This document shows positions 50,945-64,000 of a stretch of DNA of 64,000 bases, piece after piece. Position numbers and translations under genes: made by a program. A model generated the notes under the pieces. The model made no database searches, was not told where the DNA came from, and was given only the letters and a program-made list of their open reading frames with translations. The stretch spans positions 1,116,001-1,180,000 of the forward strand of contig NEEC01000012.1 in the NCBI GenBank assembly GCA_002189035.1. The letters run 5' to 3'. The stretch is from Utricularia gibba (Eukaryota; Plantae; Magnoliophyta). Within the stretch, counting starts at the first letter, position 1, and each line of letters starts with the position of its first letter.

Positions 50945-51660
50945 GGGTTGGACGAATCAAAAGAGCAATGCACTGATTTGATAAAAAAACAGTTTTGATT
51001 GATGAATATTAGCACATTACCAGCAGCTATTCTTGTGACAAAAACCATAAAAGACTAACACAAACGAACAGAACTTAAAGACAACAGAAAAAATAACAGA
51101 AACCCGTAAGTAGGTGAGTGGACTTGTTCATGACACCATAATTTTCAAGGAGGCGGTTGAGGACTTGAAGCGTGGCTGACTAAGTCAAGAACTGACGTGG
51201 ATCATGTATTTATCACTGATATTGAGGCTTGCTGACTTCATATGATCCAACAAACTCCCCCTTGAAGTCAGCACTACTCACAAGTCCAAGCTTGCTCCGG
51301 AACGCTGCAAATATACCAGCTGACAGAGGCTTGGTCAGCATATCCACAAGCTGCAATTCTTTGGTACAGTATTCAACACATATTTACTGATCCTTAAGCA
51401 ATTCTCTCATGGCATGATACTTGATAGAAATATGCTTGGTTCGACCATGAAACACAGGATCTTTGATCATAGCAATTGCACTTGAAGAATCACAATGAAG
51501 CTTAATTGCCACAGTCTGTTCCAAACCTAGATCTTTCAGCATTTTTCACAACCATACAGCATTGTTTGCTGCTAAGAAAGCAGCAATATATTCAGCTTCT
51601 GCTGTGGATTGAGCAACCAGGCTTTGTTTTTTGGAACTCCAGCTGATCATTGCAGTCCAA
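50945..51660 (-). mobile_element. Ty1/copia 3' remnant (RNase H, PPT, probable LTR)
   Basis: ISWSSKKQSLVAQSTAEAEYIAA, HCDSSSAI, RTKHISIKYH and VDMLTKPL, then PPT ttcaagggggag followed by TGTTGG at 51252. Left LTR edge approximate. Confidence 0.85.
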
Positions 51661-54600
51661 TGTGGAAAACATTGATAAACCTAAGCAGAACATTTGTGGC
51701 TACACCAATATAATAAAATATGCTTATTTAAGAATAACATACTTCCTAAAATAATTGGAATTCTCTCAACTTGTCAATGAACGAGTGTAATAAATGAGTA
51801 ACTTTAAGTAAATACACACACACATATACATAAGGTATTTGTGAGACATTGAATTGGGGTAGGTCACAATTCACTTCATTCCAAAAATGAGTTTGCCTAA
51901 TTATTTGGCCTACATTCACCTAAGTAGTTGTAAATCTGGATCCCACTCTTGAAGCAATAATCTACGAAATTTCTTCGTAGAAGATCCTTTAGCATTTACA
52001 AATGAATTCTTGTTCCACGCATGCATTGAAATTATATGATACTTTAAGTAGTTAGTGTTTGGTGAATCTATTCTAAAGAAGTATAAAGTATAAAAGGGGA
52101 AAAAAACAATTGGTCACTATAGTTCTAAATCATACATCCATATACTTTTTTTTTTCATACAACTAATTTCATTACAAAATTCATTTATTAAATTTGATAT
52201 GTAAAAATACTGTCATTCATGTCCTATGTCCTAGTTCAAAGGTTATGAATGTGAGAAGTAGAATCCCATAAAGTGACTAGAAGCGACCGTTTTAAAGGTA
52301 AGGAGAGAAATAATTGCCTAAAATAGTATGGAGTAGACTCTGGAGGATTGTTAGTTAATTAATTTAAAAAAGGTAAAATGATGCAATTTTCTGAATAAAA
52401 AATAAGATACGGATAATTTGTGTAATAATTAATGTCATACTTGGCAAATATATCAAGACGGCAATGGCTTGTCGATCTCTGTTTCTTCCCTCTTGTGCAT
52501 TTCGATTCCTCGCTTTCGTTTCCATTCTTGTATACTCACTTCTTTCGCTGCTTTTTGCTGTAAATTTAGAGGTTTTCACCACTGACTGGTGTACAGAATA
52601 TGGCAACCTAATTCTGACTAGTAGCAACTAATACTCAACCTAAACATCCTAGAACCTGATCCCAACAATTAACAGCAAAAAAAATTTGAAGAAATGAAAA
52701 TTACACCAGATTTTTAGCATGGAAAACCTTGTACTAAAAACCATGGGTGCTCTACACACCAGGCATAAACCATCCACTAAATCACTGGTTTAAATGTCCA
52801 AACGAAATCAAAAACAGATTTCAAAACAAGCTCATAGGCTTATAAACATCAGAATGAATTCCCCTTTCAAGGTTTACAAATCAATGAAACCAGATGAATA
52901 CTTCCACAAAATGAGCACATAAGGTGGATTTAGTAGCTGACTTAGATGTGACCCCTTTTATAGTCAGCCTACAAATCTCACCCAATAGCTAAACTTCATA
53001 CGTCCTTCAAACTTGAGTATGAGACATCAATCCCATTTTGAGCAAACAGGATTGATGCTGAGTTGATGACAATAGTTTTATTAAAACATCCACTACATTC
53101 TCTTGAGTAGATACCTTTTTCAATTCAAGTTCATTGCCTTTCAAAACTTCTCTTATCCAATGCCACCTTTAATCAATGTGTTTTGTCATTGCATGAAATG
53201 CTGAATTCTTGCTAAGTTGAATAGCACTTTGACTATCACTTAACACTTATGGTTTTCCCATTAAGAATCCTGGTTCATCCAACAATCTGTCTATCCAAAG
53301 AGCTTCCTTAAATGCCTTAGTCAATCCCATATATTCAGATTCCATTGTAGATAATGCAACCATTTTCTATAGCTTAGAACTCCAAGTTACTGCTCCACCA
53401 GCCATAACAGTTATCATACCAATTGTAGATTTCCTGCTATCAAGATCTCCTACTTAGTTAGCATCTACATAAACCATAGGAACTATATTTTCTTTGCTGT
53501 AACATAACTTGAAGTTCTCGTTTCCCTTAAGATATGTGAGCAACCTCTTTGCTCCTTCCAAGTGTTGCTTTCCTGGATCAGACATGTATCGACTAACAAT
53601 GCTAGCAGCAAATCTGATATTTGGTCAAGTACAAGTTGTGAGATACATCGCTGAGCCAACAACCAGACGCATATGGTACCTTGGACATGTGTTCTCGTTC
53701 AAGATCTATTTTTGTTGACATAGTCTTATAGAATTTAAGGTGTGGAGGCAGAGGGCAAGAAACTGGTTTTTTTTCACTCATGTTGAACCTATTAAGAATA
53801 TGGTTAATATAGCTGGTTTCTGACAACGTAGGTAGATTCCTTGATTTGTCCTAGTAGATCTCTATTCCTAAAATTTTCTTAGGAGGTCCCAAATCTTTTG
53901 TGCAAAAATCACCAGCCATTTATTGCTTCAAATCATTGATCCTTTGCTTGTTTGGGCAGGCAACGAGTATATCATTGATATATAGTAATAGAAAAACAAA
54001 CTCTGCATGATTGAATCTCTTCCAATATGCAAAATGATTACCTAATGTTCTATGAAATTTATTTTGTGTCATAAACTCATCAAACTTCAAATACTAATAT
54101 CTTGGTGCCTTTTTTAATCCGCAGAGACTTTTCTCATACCCTTCAATCTGCTTCATATATATTTCTTCAGTTAGATCTCCATGAAGAAATGTAGTTTTAA
54201 TGTCTAGTTGCTTGAGTTCCCAATCATAATATGCTGTTAAAGTAAATATGATTCTAATAGTGGATAGCTTCATTATAGGATCAAAAATCTCTTGAAAGTC
54301 TATGCCTTCCTTTTATCGAACCACAATTCTAGCCTTGTGTGTAATTGATCCATCCAAGTGTGCTTTCATCTTAAACATCCATCTGCTATCAAGTGATTTT
54401 CTATCAACAAGGAGTGGTACCAAGTCATAGGAATTATTCTATCATATAGAATTCAGTTCCTCATCCATAGCTTCTTTCGACAATGCTTTATCTTTCATTT
54501 CCAGTGCTTCTTTTACCAACTCTTGTTCTCCTTTCTTAGAAATAGAGATATACTTATCTATAGTATATTTGGTTGATGGCGTCTTTAATCTGGTAGATCT

Positions 54601-56161
54601 TCTTAGAAGCTGACCATCATTACCGATTTCTACTAATGGTTCTCTATTTTCTATATTTCGAGCAGCACCATTCTCTAACAATTGATCTTCATCCTGCACA
54701 GGTAAAAGGGAGTTAGAAGCTGAATTTAAATGTAGCTTGATTACCTGATTTTTCTCAACAACAAGGATGTCATCAATGGTCTGATCCTTATAAAATCTAG
54801 CATCTGTAGAACTGAAAACCTTCTTTTTTCAATGCCCCAAAGCCTACATCCCATCTGATCTTCTCCACAGCCAAGCAATATACACAATATTGTTCTTTCA
54901 TCCAATGTCTATCTATTTTCTTTCAGAATATGAGCATAGGCTCTACACCCAAATACCTTGGTTTCCTTCCTATCCAGATTTCTTAAGGAATGTAAAACTT
55001 CAAAGGTGTTTTTGGAGATCTGTTTGATAAAAAACATGTGGTTTTCAAAGCTTCTCCCTCAAAAAATTTAGGCAGCTTAGCAGTCCTCAACATGCATCTT
55101 ACTTTGTTCATAAACCTTTCTCCATTTGCATTATATACTGGAGTCTTTAGTGTTGTTATTTTCTTGATTCCTTCAGTTTTGCTGTAGTTTTCAAACTTAG
55201 TTGAACAATATTCATCACCGTTATGAGACTTGAATATTTTTAGTCTTTTGTTTGTTTGTCTTTCGAGCAGATCTTGAAGCTCTCTGAAGTGCTGAGATAC
55301 ATCACTTTTTTTTTCCATTAATGTAACCCAAGACTTTATTGAAGCATCATCAATGAAAGTGACATGAAATCTTTTTTCCCCTACTAATGCAACTTCAACT
55401 AGGCCTCTCACGTCAAAAACATCACTTTAACAGTTCTTCACTTTTCTTAAAAACATTTTTAGCTCCTATTCTATAATCTTTCCCTGCTATGCAATTTTCA
55501 CATATGATTTTAGGAGGTATCTCTTTTTCAATTAGATTATGCTGTTCTAGAAATCTCATTCTTTGCTATAGAGGTGTCCTAGTCTCTTTTGCCACAGAAT
55601 ATGACTAGTTTCTATGTAGCTAGTGAGATTCAAATCAGATGGATCTAACTTAACTGCTATTCTATACGAGGTTCCATTTAGCTCTCCTTTGGCCACAACT
55701 GTGGATGCTTTGACTAGTTTTCATATGTTATTTCCAAAGGACCTGATATATCCTGCTTTATCTAGGTGATTTACTAACATCAAAGTTAATCTTATTGAAA
55801 TAAATGGTCATCTGAGTGATAAGGAAGAATGAAGAGATAAGGCTGATTGGAGTAATAAGGAGGCTGACCATATTATGTTGGAATGTGCTGATCATCTAAT
55901 GATTCATGCTATCCCTCCTATACACGATGAAGTTGAAAGATGCCATCTCTATCCAAGAAGATGAGGGTTACTTAATGCAAAGATCACAACGGCACCAACA
56001 ATTAGGAGATTATACTTAGTCTTCTCCAATATTTTAGGAAATAGTTTAGGACCCTTAACTAACGTTAACCATCTTTTTCTATTTAAGTTGTATCATTGTA
56101 CGCTCCTGGTGTGAAGAAATCAATTTGCTTCTTATCCGGTTGTCATCCATCGTCTTCCTAT

Positions 56162-56173
56162 TGGTATCAGAGC
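56162..56173 (+). other. Primer binding site (tRNA-iMet)
   Basis: TGGTATCAGAGC immediately after the 5' LTR. Confidence 0.9.
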
Positions 56174-58952
56174 AAGCGGCTGTCATCCTTCAGCCGTCCT
56201 TTTCTCTTTCCTCTCACATTCACGCTTCCGCACATCCTTCCTTCCCTCCACCATGGCAACTGGAAATGCTATTAATGTGTCAAACTTCATCACCGTCAAA
56301 CTAACCAGCAGCAATTACCCGCTCTGGAAAGAAATGGCTATTGGGCTTGCAGATAGCCAAGGTCTCTCCGGCCATCTAACCGGTGAGACAACACCACCAC
56401 CAGAATTTGATCTCCAACCAGGAGTGCAGGATTCATCTACACCAGCAAACCCATCTACAGAATTCATAAAGTGGAAACAATCAGACCGTCTCTTGCGTAG
56501 CTGGCTCTTAGGTACAATTTTTGAAGAATCATGGCCGCTGGTTATCGGTTGTGAAACCGCCGCCAATCTTTGGTCTGCTCTTCGAGATGCATATGCCAAA
56601 AAATCTGAGGAGCGTCATTATACCGTGAGGTATCAATTCGCTCAAAACCGAAAACGCGCAGATCAAAACCTGGATGAATATCTCCGTAAATTTAAGTCCA
56701 TCTGTGACCAATTAGCTGCTATTGAAGACCCAGTCGCTGAAGATGAGAAGGTTTATTTCCTTCTCACAAGTCTTGGATCTGGCTACGAGGCGTTCACCAC
56801 TTCCATGCTCAAATATCCACGTCCCTCGTTTAGGGATTTAATCTCACAACTGCAAAGTTTTGAGATGCGAAAACAAATCAATGAAGACATTGAACGGCAG
56901 TACACCTCACTCTCTTCCCCTATGGCATATCAAACCCAATACAAGAGTGCACCGTCAACAGCTCACTTTACCTCTGACGGTCGTGGGTTTCAAGCACAAC
57001 GCAGCCAATTCCCTCAACAACAACAACAACAACCTCTTGCAATGACTCATCAACAGCCTCGCACTCAATCTCGCCAAGGACGTGCACCCCCACCCCCACC
57101 AGGAAAACGTCAGATGACACCATTTGAAAGAGATCTCTATAAAAATGAAGTCTGTCAAATCTGCAATGTGACAGGTCACATTGCCAAAATCTGCTGGAAA
57201 CTCCCAGGTCCCCAAGCTGAGCCAAAGACTGATGCAATTCCACAAACCCTGGCAAACCTGACTCTCGACAACTCCCTCACCGAAACTGAGTGGATTGCAG
57301 ACACTGGTGCTACCAATCACATGGCAGGTACAAAAGAAGTTTTTATTGATCTTCAATCTTATACAGGTCATGATGGAGTTAAAGTTGGTGATGGCACATC
57401 ACTACCCATTACGGGTATCGGTACATCTAAACTCACACAGGGAACATCCACTATGCCATTAAAAAATGTATTATTTGTACCAAAACTAACAAAAAATCTC
57501 CTTTCTGTTGCACAGATGACAACACAAGAACCTGTTAATTGTGAGTTTACTAATTTTGGTTTTTTTGTCAAGGATCGAGCAACAGGTCTTCCCAAGTTGA
57601 CCGGCCATCGCACGGGTGATTTATATGTAGTGAATCATTCACATGAAGCCTTCTTTTCATATCGTTTTCAGTCTTCCACACCAGACATATGGCATCAACG
57701 TCTTGGGCACCCCCAGGATTCCATGGTGCCAATTCTTAAAAATAAAGGCTTGATTACAGTTATTAAACCAAATCAGCCTTCCTTCTGTGATAGTTGTCAA
57801 TTTGGAAAAATGTCAGAACTTCCATTTGCTGAGTCCGAAAATATTACTACTATTCCTTTTGAAAAACTTTACTGTGATCTTTGGGGCCCTTCACCTGTCA
57901 TTTCTCGAAATGGGTTTCGTTATTATGCTTGTTTCGTTGATGCATATTCACACTTTATGTGGTTTTTCCCATTACGAAAAAAAGTGATTTTGTGGATACC
58001 TTTCTTCAATTTGAAACCTATATAGCTCGACAGTTTGACAAGACCATTAAAGTGCTTCAAACCGACAATGGTGGAGAATTTGTCAATGAATGTCTCAAAT
58101 CTCATTTTTTAAAAACCGGTATGATTCATCAACTCTCTTGTCCGTACACTCATGAACAGATGGGAATGGTAGAGCGACGACATAGAACGATCAGAGAACA
58201 CGGAATGACCCTACTCTTCCATGGCGGATTACCACTATCCCTGTGGGTTGAAGCCTTTGCTACAGCCGTTCATCTTCAAAATAGACTACCATCTCCTTCA
58301 CTCAAAAGGGAGTCTCCTTACTCAATCCTATATAATCGCAGCCCCGATTATTCAATATTACGTGTTTTTGGTTCGAAATGCTTTCCGTATTTATGGGATA
58401 GTAGGAAGAATAAATTTTCTCCAAAAACTGCATTATGTGTTTTTATTGGATATAGTGAAAGCCACAAAGGATACAAATGTTATGATCCACAAACAAAAAA
58501 AATACACATTTCAAGACATGTCATTTTTTATGAAAAATCGTTTCCCTTTAAGCATCTTGTAGTACCGACATGCTGTCCCCTGAAAAGGTCTCTAAACTGT
58601 TTGCACTGTGGATGCAGGAAACACTAGGTTCAAAGACTTCTCAAGAACGTGCTCCTACACTAGAACACAACGTTGCAACCACCGGAGAGTTATCACCGAT
58701 AACTTCATCAATGACTTCTACTCTACCTACAATAATTCAGACTGAATCGGTGGCCCTTCATCCCGTTGATTCAGAGCCGAGTCAGAATGATAATTCAGAA
58801 TGATGAGCATCAACACCAGACATAGAGTCTCCAACTGGGTTAACAAATGACACCATTACTTCGAGCGCCACCAGCCATGATTGCTTGAGTGACCCATGTG
58901 AGGTGGGGACACTCTCCCTTACACCCGTCAGAGTAGAAGATGGAGTCCATAT

Positions 58953-60329
58953 TTATAACACAAAATAGCTATATTTTATTATGATTTGAGTTAGATAAAT
59001 ATGGGTTTTAATGCTTTAGTGGTGTTTATGTTAATCTTATTTGATTATGTTAAAAAGTGGACTAAATCCTTTGATTTAGTCCACAACTTTTGTTACTAAT
59101 GTTTTAGTAAGTTTAGCAGGGAAATCAGCAGAAAATCAGACGTGCAAACATGTGGAACAAGTGAAGAAGGGCGCAAAATCCGGAGAAGAACAAAGAGCAA
59201 TGTTTTGCTGCTACCGTAGTCTGCAAGTTCAGAACAGGAACAGTACTGACAGTCAGAAACAATGCAATGGAGTGAAGCAAAAGAAAAGGAAATTAATTTG
59301 AAAAAAGAAGGAGAGCGTAAAGAAGCGAGGAGCGAGGGGGACGCAAAGGGGGGTCTTCTTCTCCAACAGGAAAAACACCAACCAGAAGGGGGAAGGGAGG
59401 CCTCCATCATCAAGAACAGCACCAGAGCCCAGTCTAGCGCTACTGCTCCGGGCTGTGAACAGTAGATAGCGGGCGGAAAAACATTATCTATTTGCTTTCC
59501 GTTTTTCTGAACATTTCAAGTTTCTGAATTTGAATTGTTACAATGTTTCTGCCATTTTGGCCAGCTTATGTGAATGAAATTGTGTTTTATTTCCAAAGCA
59601 TGAGTGACTAGAGTCTTAGGGATGCCTTAAGGTGAAGGGGTGTGGTGTGTGCTTAGGGTTAATGATGAAATTTATGTGTATTCCTTAACTCTTGTTTCTA
59701 GCAAACCATGGGTAGACCTAATGAGGGAAACAAGTAGTTTCACAATTTAGAAGCTTGGTATAGAAGTAGACCAAAAAACCAAGATGGGAGCAGTCGGTGT
59801 TAGTCTAGAATAGAACCAGTAGAACCGGGTAGACCTAGTTGTATATACCTTGCATGCGGGTAGACCTAATTGCAATGTTGGTTATGATATTGGGGACTAG
59901 CTTAAGCGAAAAAAAAAGATGAATGACCTGGGTAGACCTAGGTTATTCGAAGTTGTGAGTGTAGGAAGATAGCAAATTAAGTTAGGAACCTTAGTATGGC
60001 ACCACCCGTAGATCCTTAAGGCGTCCTCGTATTAGTCTGAGTCAAAACCAGTACCTGTTACCTTAGCGTAGAAACCTGATATTGCTTATCTACCTTGTTT
60101 ACTGAACTTGTTTACCTCTGTTGGTCCGAGCTTAGACTAAGACTTCCTGTTATCTCGAATTATGCATTTACTAAAACACTTAGCAAGCACAAGCTCTTAG
60201 TGATCGACCCCGACATCCACTATACAAGTTTTCCAAATTTGTATTTTGTGTAGATTAGGGATTATAAATTTATTTGATACGGATTTTCTATTTTTATTAC
60301 AACGATATTAGGAAAATTTCCGTTTATCA
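58953..60329 (+). mobile_element. Athila-type solo LTR (family A, ~1377 bp) inserted in the copia integrase-RT linker
   Basis: (t)ttataacac...gtttatca; flanks ccata and ccatg; homologous to 30164-31541 and 25409-26781. Confidence 0.85.
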
Positions 60330-60516
60330 CCATGACACGCTTCCCCCCTCCTATGACATGTCCTCTCTCTCTCCTGCATCATCTAATGATGTTCAAGACT
60401 TAGATGGAGATGATCGTATCAGCTCACCACCAAGTGCAACAAAGCAGCAACCTCCCGCTCAACCTGCTGGTGTCTTACCCCTACGTGTTGGGACTAATGA
60501 AAACTACCCACTATCA

Positions 60517-60662
60517 GGAGATGCACCAGATAATGAGAATAATGAAGGCGACAGGGAGGAGTGCACGCCTACGGATCCAGGACCTCAAGGCGATGCACCA
60601 GATAATGAGAATAATGAAGGCGACAGGGAGGAGTGCTCACCTACGGCTCCACTACCTCAAGG
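60517..60662 (+). repeat. 72-bp in-frame tandem duplication
   Basis: GDAPDNENNEGDREEC(T/S)PT encoded twice, starting at 60517 and 60589. Confidence 0.9.
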
Positions 60663-63600
60663 TACAACAAACTATGATAGTGTGTTTGATACCTCGAATT
60701 TCCCTGTGCAGAGAACTCATCCGATGACAACAAGGTCACGAAGTGGGATTTTCAAAGCAAACCCGAAATATGCTCTCCATGTTGCACAACATTATTCCAT
60801 ACCGCCTGAACCACAAAATGTTCGAGACGCTCTTCACCATCCTGGTTGGAAAAAGGCTATGATTGAAGAGTTAGAGGCATTGCATCACAATGACACATGG
60901 ACATTAGTCCCTCGGGAAGAAGCTCAACATATTCTAGGGTGCAAGTGGGTGTTCAAAGCTAAACTCAAATCCGACGGCACACTTGATCGCCTAAAGGCCC
61001 GCCTCGTAGCAAAAGGGTATGACTAGGTAAGATGGTCTTGACTATATAGAAACCTTTTCGCCAGTCATTAAACCAGGTACTATTCGCCTTATCATTTCAA
61101 TTGCAATTATCAACCATTGGGAAATTAGACAACTTGATGTGAAAAATGACTTTTTGCACAGTACAATTCATGAGGATATCTATATGGAGCAACCTCCAGG
61201 TATGAAAAATGCTCACCTTTCTTCTCATGTTTGCAAATTGAATAAGGCATTATATGGTCTTAAGCAAGCCCCACGAGCTTGGTTTGATCGTTTTAGTTCT
61301 TTTCTTCTATATCTTGGTTTCTTTTGCAGTCTGGTAGATCCCTCATTGTTTATTGCACACTCTGGAAAGGATACTCTGATCCTACTTCTTTATGTAGATG
61401 ATATCATTATGACGGGGACAACATCTGAATTGATACATAAGCTCATCAAGACATTGTCTATAGAGTTTGCTATGAAAGATTTAGGAGTTTTGCATCACTT
61501 TCTTGGGATTCAAGTCACACACACTGATGATGGTCTACATCTCTCACAAACTCACTATGGGTTATCTATCTTCGACAGGTTTGGACTAAGAGATTGCAAA
61601 CCATCCACTACTCCTCAAGTTTCTAAACTAAAAGACGTTGGCTCTTCAAGATTCCTCCCTGATCCAACATCATTTCGATCTCTAGTTGGAGCTCTACAAT
61701 ATCTTACTTTTACAAGACCTGACATTGCATACAGCGTGAACTATGTCTCCCAGTTTATGCAATTACCAGCAGACCATCACATGTCATTGGCTACTCGTAT
61801 TCTGAGATATGTGAAGAACACCCTGGACCTTGGAATCTCCTACTATAAGAACTCATCCATGCAACTTGAAGCCTATTCTAATGCAGATTGGGCAACTTGC
61901 CCTCTTACTCGACGATCCGTTACTGGATACTGTGTTCTTCTAGGGATAAATCCGATCTCACGGAGCTCAAAAAAACAGCACACCGTATCACGCTCAAGCA
62001 CAGAAGCATAATATCGAGCCATGGCACACACAGCTGCTGAGGTGACATGGTTACAATTTGCCTGGAAAGATTTGAAGGTCAAGCTAAAGGGAACTCCCAC
62101 TCTACACTGTGATAACATGAGTGCCTTGCATCTTACTGTAAACCCAGTCTTCCACTCTCGGAGTAAGCATGTTGAAATCGACTATCATTTTGTACGGGAG
62201 AGAGTAGCATTGGGTTATTTGGTGACTAGGCACATTCCAACTCAGCACCAAGTTGCTGATTTATTTACAAAGAGAATCTCCTCACAACGGCTGATATTTC
62301 TTAGAGGCAAACTTGGCCTCAACCCACGGCCTAGTTTGAGAGAGGGTATTGAAATAAATGATCAGCGAAGTGATAAGGAAGAATGAAGAGATAAGGCTGA
62401 TTGGAGTAATAAGGAGGCTGACCATATTATGTTGGAATGTGCTAATCACCTAATGATTCATGCTATCCCTCCTATACACGATGAAGTTGAAAAATGCCAT
62501 CTCTATCCAAGAAGATGAGGGTTACTTAATGCAAAGATCCCAACGGCACCAACAATTAGGAGATTATACTCAGTCTTCTCCAATATTTTAGGAAATAGTT
62601 TAGGACCCTTAACTAACGTTAACCATCTTTTTCTATTTAAGTTGTATCATTGTATGCTCCTGGTGTGAAGAAATCAATTTGCTTCTTATCCGGTTTTCAT
62701 CCATTGTCTTCCTATAAATCTCAATTCAGGTACATGTTAGACATCATCAAGTTTCAATTGGATCCAACTAGATCACCTATTCCAACAATATCTTGCTATG
62801 GTTGAGTTTCCCATTCGAACGGGTTGCGTGAAAACTTGCTGCTGAGTCAATCATCCAATTTGAAAAGCTACCCTTGGTACATGTTTCCGCTACCATTAGT
62901 GTTGGTAATTCTTCTTCATTTATGACTAAGGCTGAATTTCCAGGTTCAGTTTTCTGTTGATTTTTGGCTGCATCACTACCTTACACTATCCTAAGCCAAA
63001 ACTTACATTGTTTCTTGATGTGCCCAATCTTCTTGTAATAAAAACATATTCTAGTTTCCTTCTATCCACCTGAACAAGTACCTTTGTGATGTTCCTGAGC
63101 ATTATTTTTATCTTACCAAACTTTCTTATTTCCGTAATGTTCTTTATCACCTTTTTTTCTTATCTTTTTTATCAGTAACAAACAGAGTACCCTAAGTGTC
63201 TTGCCTAGATCATGTTCTTCTTAATTCTTCCTATAGTAGAGCATCTGAAACATAATCAAGTGTGAGATTTCTATGAGCTGAATGCGTAAGTGTGATCACC
63301 AAAACTTCTTAGTTAGTTGACAATTTTTGTAGTAACTTAATAGCTTTTATTTTATCATCTAGATTCATTCTTATAGCTGCCGTGTCACCTATTTTTTTCT
63401 TAAAACTTACTCAAGTGATCACTCATAGAATCTCTATCTTTATTTTTAAGGTCTATTAGCTTTTAATCCAATACTATTTTATTCATTGTACTTGATACAC
63501 GAAATGTATCTTCAATCTTTTTCCACAGCACCACTACATTATCATCTTCTTTAAACTTGTTGTGAAGTGAGTTCTCTATGGATAGTTGCATATATGCTGC

Positions 63601-64000
63601 TGCCTTGAGTTGCATATTGCTCCAAGTTTATGTATCAATCTTTTCTGGTGTTTTAACCCCAAGAACAATAGGGCTCCATAGATCTTTGCATATAAGAATA
63701 TCTTTCATCTTCGATCTCCATAGAGAATAATTTTGACCATTTAACTTGATCATTCCTATAGAATCTTCAATATTTTTGGATAAAAAAACACTGAAAAACC
63801 TCTACAATCTATTCCAAAAAAGTCCAATACGTATAACCAAGTTCTTATACCAATTTGTGAGGATTATGACAATGGAATTCTGAGTAACAACAACTTATAC
63901 TCAACCTAAACAATCTAGAACCTGATCCCAACAATTAATAGCAAAGAAAGTTTTAGAAAAATGCAAAGAATACAAGATTTTAAGCATGGAAAATCTTGCG

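Larger units (their letters stand above)
56253..62345 (+). pseudogene. Copia gag-pol polyprotein, disrupted
   Basis: Gag KLTSSNYPLW, zinc knuckle CQICNVTGHIAKIC, protease WIADTGATNHM, WHQRLGHP..CDSC, integrase CDLWGP/QTDNGGEF/VERRHR, RT RLKARLVAKG/LLYVDDII and RNase H HCDNMSA..KHVEIDYHFVRE. Frameshifts at ~57980, ~58565 and ~61030; stops at 58801, 61024 and 62009. Confidence 0.95.
55793..62716 (+). mobile_element. Full-length Ty1/copia retrotransposon (Ale/Retrofit-like) with non-canonical TA...TA termini
   Basis: ~370-bp LTRs (55793-56161/2 and 62347-62716) with ~13 differences; TSD AATCT (55788-55792 and 62717-62721); PBS tggtatcagagc at 56162; PPT gagagaggg at 62338-62346. Confidence 0.95.
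52590..64000 (-). mobile_element. Older Ty1/copia (Tnt1/Tork-like gag) hosting the nested copia; its 5' LTR runs off the window end
   Basis: LTR copies at ~52590-53030 and 63856-64000 (atactcaacctaaaca..agaacctgatcccaacaatt); degenerate PBS tggtataagaac at 63841-63852. Gag KLNGQNYSLWRSKMKDIL, protease WMIDSAASFH, integrase FIDDAS..SHNGDEY and RT/RNase H relics at 53100-54400. Confidence 0.85.

Overview
AT-rich plant genomic window that is almost entirely transposon debris around one host-type gene, a geranylgeranyl diphosphate synthase (GGPPS, + strand, 13615-14770). It has one 98-bp intron and, as assembled, a 1-bp frameshift near the C-terminus. TE content: three MULE/MuDR transposase relics (one with ~430-bp TIRs and a degenerate 9-bp TSD, one with a convergent PMD gene); many Athila-type Ty3/gypsy LTRs of two families, including solo LTRs with TSDs and two 3' element ends; and a Ty1/copia with non-canonical TA...TA termini that is nested in an older copia and itself carries a solo LTR. 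Also present are a tandem TRIM, LINE/hAT/PIF relics, MITE-like foldbacks and a dispersed 5S rRNA pseudogene. Most striking: in both Athila 3' ends the polypurine tract is absent, and the 17 nt abutting the 3' LTR match the 5' end of cytosolic tRNA-Asp(GUC) (16/17 and 15/17, reference recalled from memory). This suggests plus-strand priming by a 5' tRNA fragment (hypothesis). All calls come from manual reading without database searches; boundaries of old relics are approximate.
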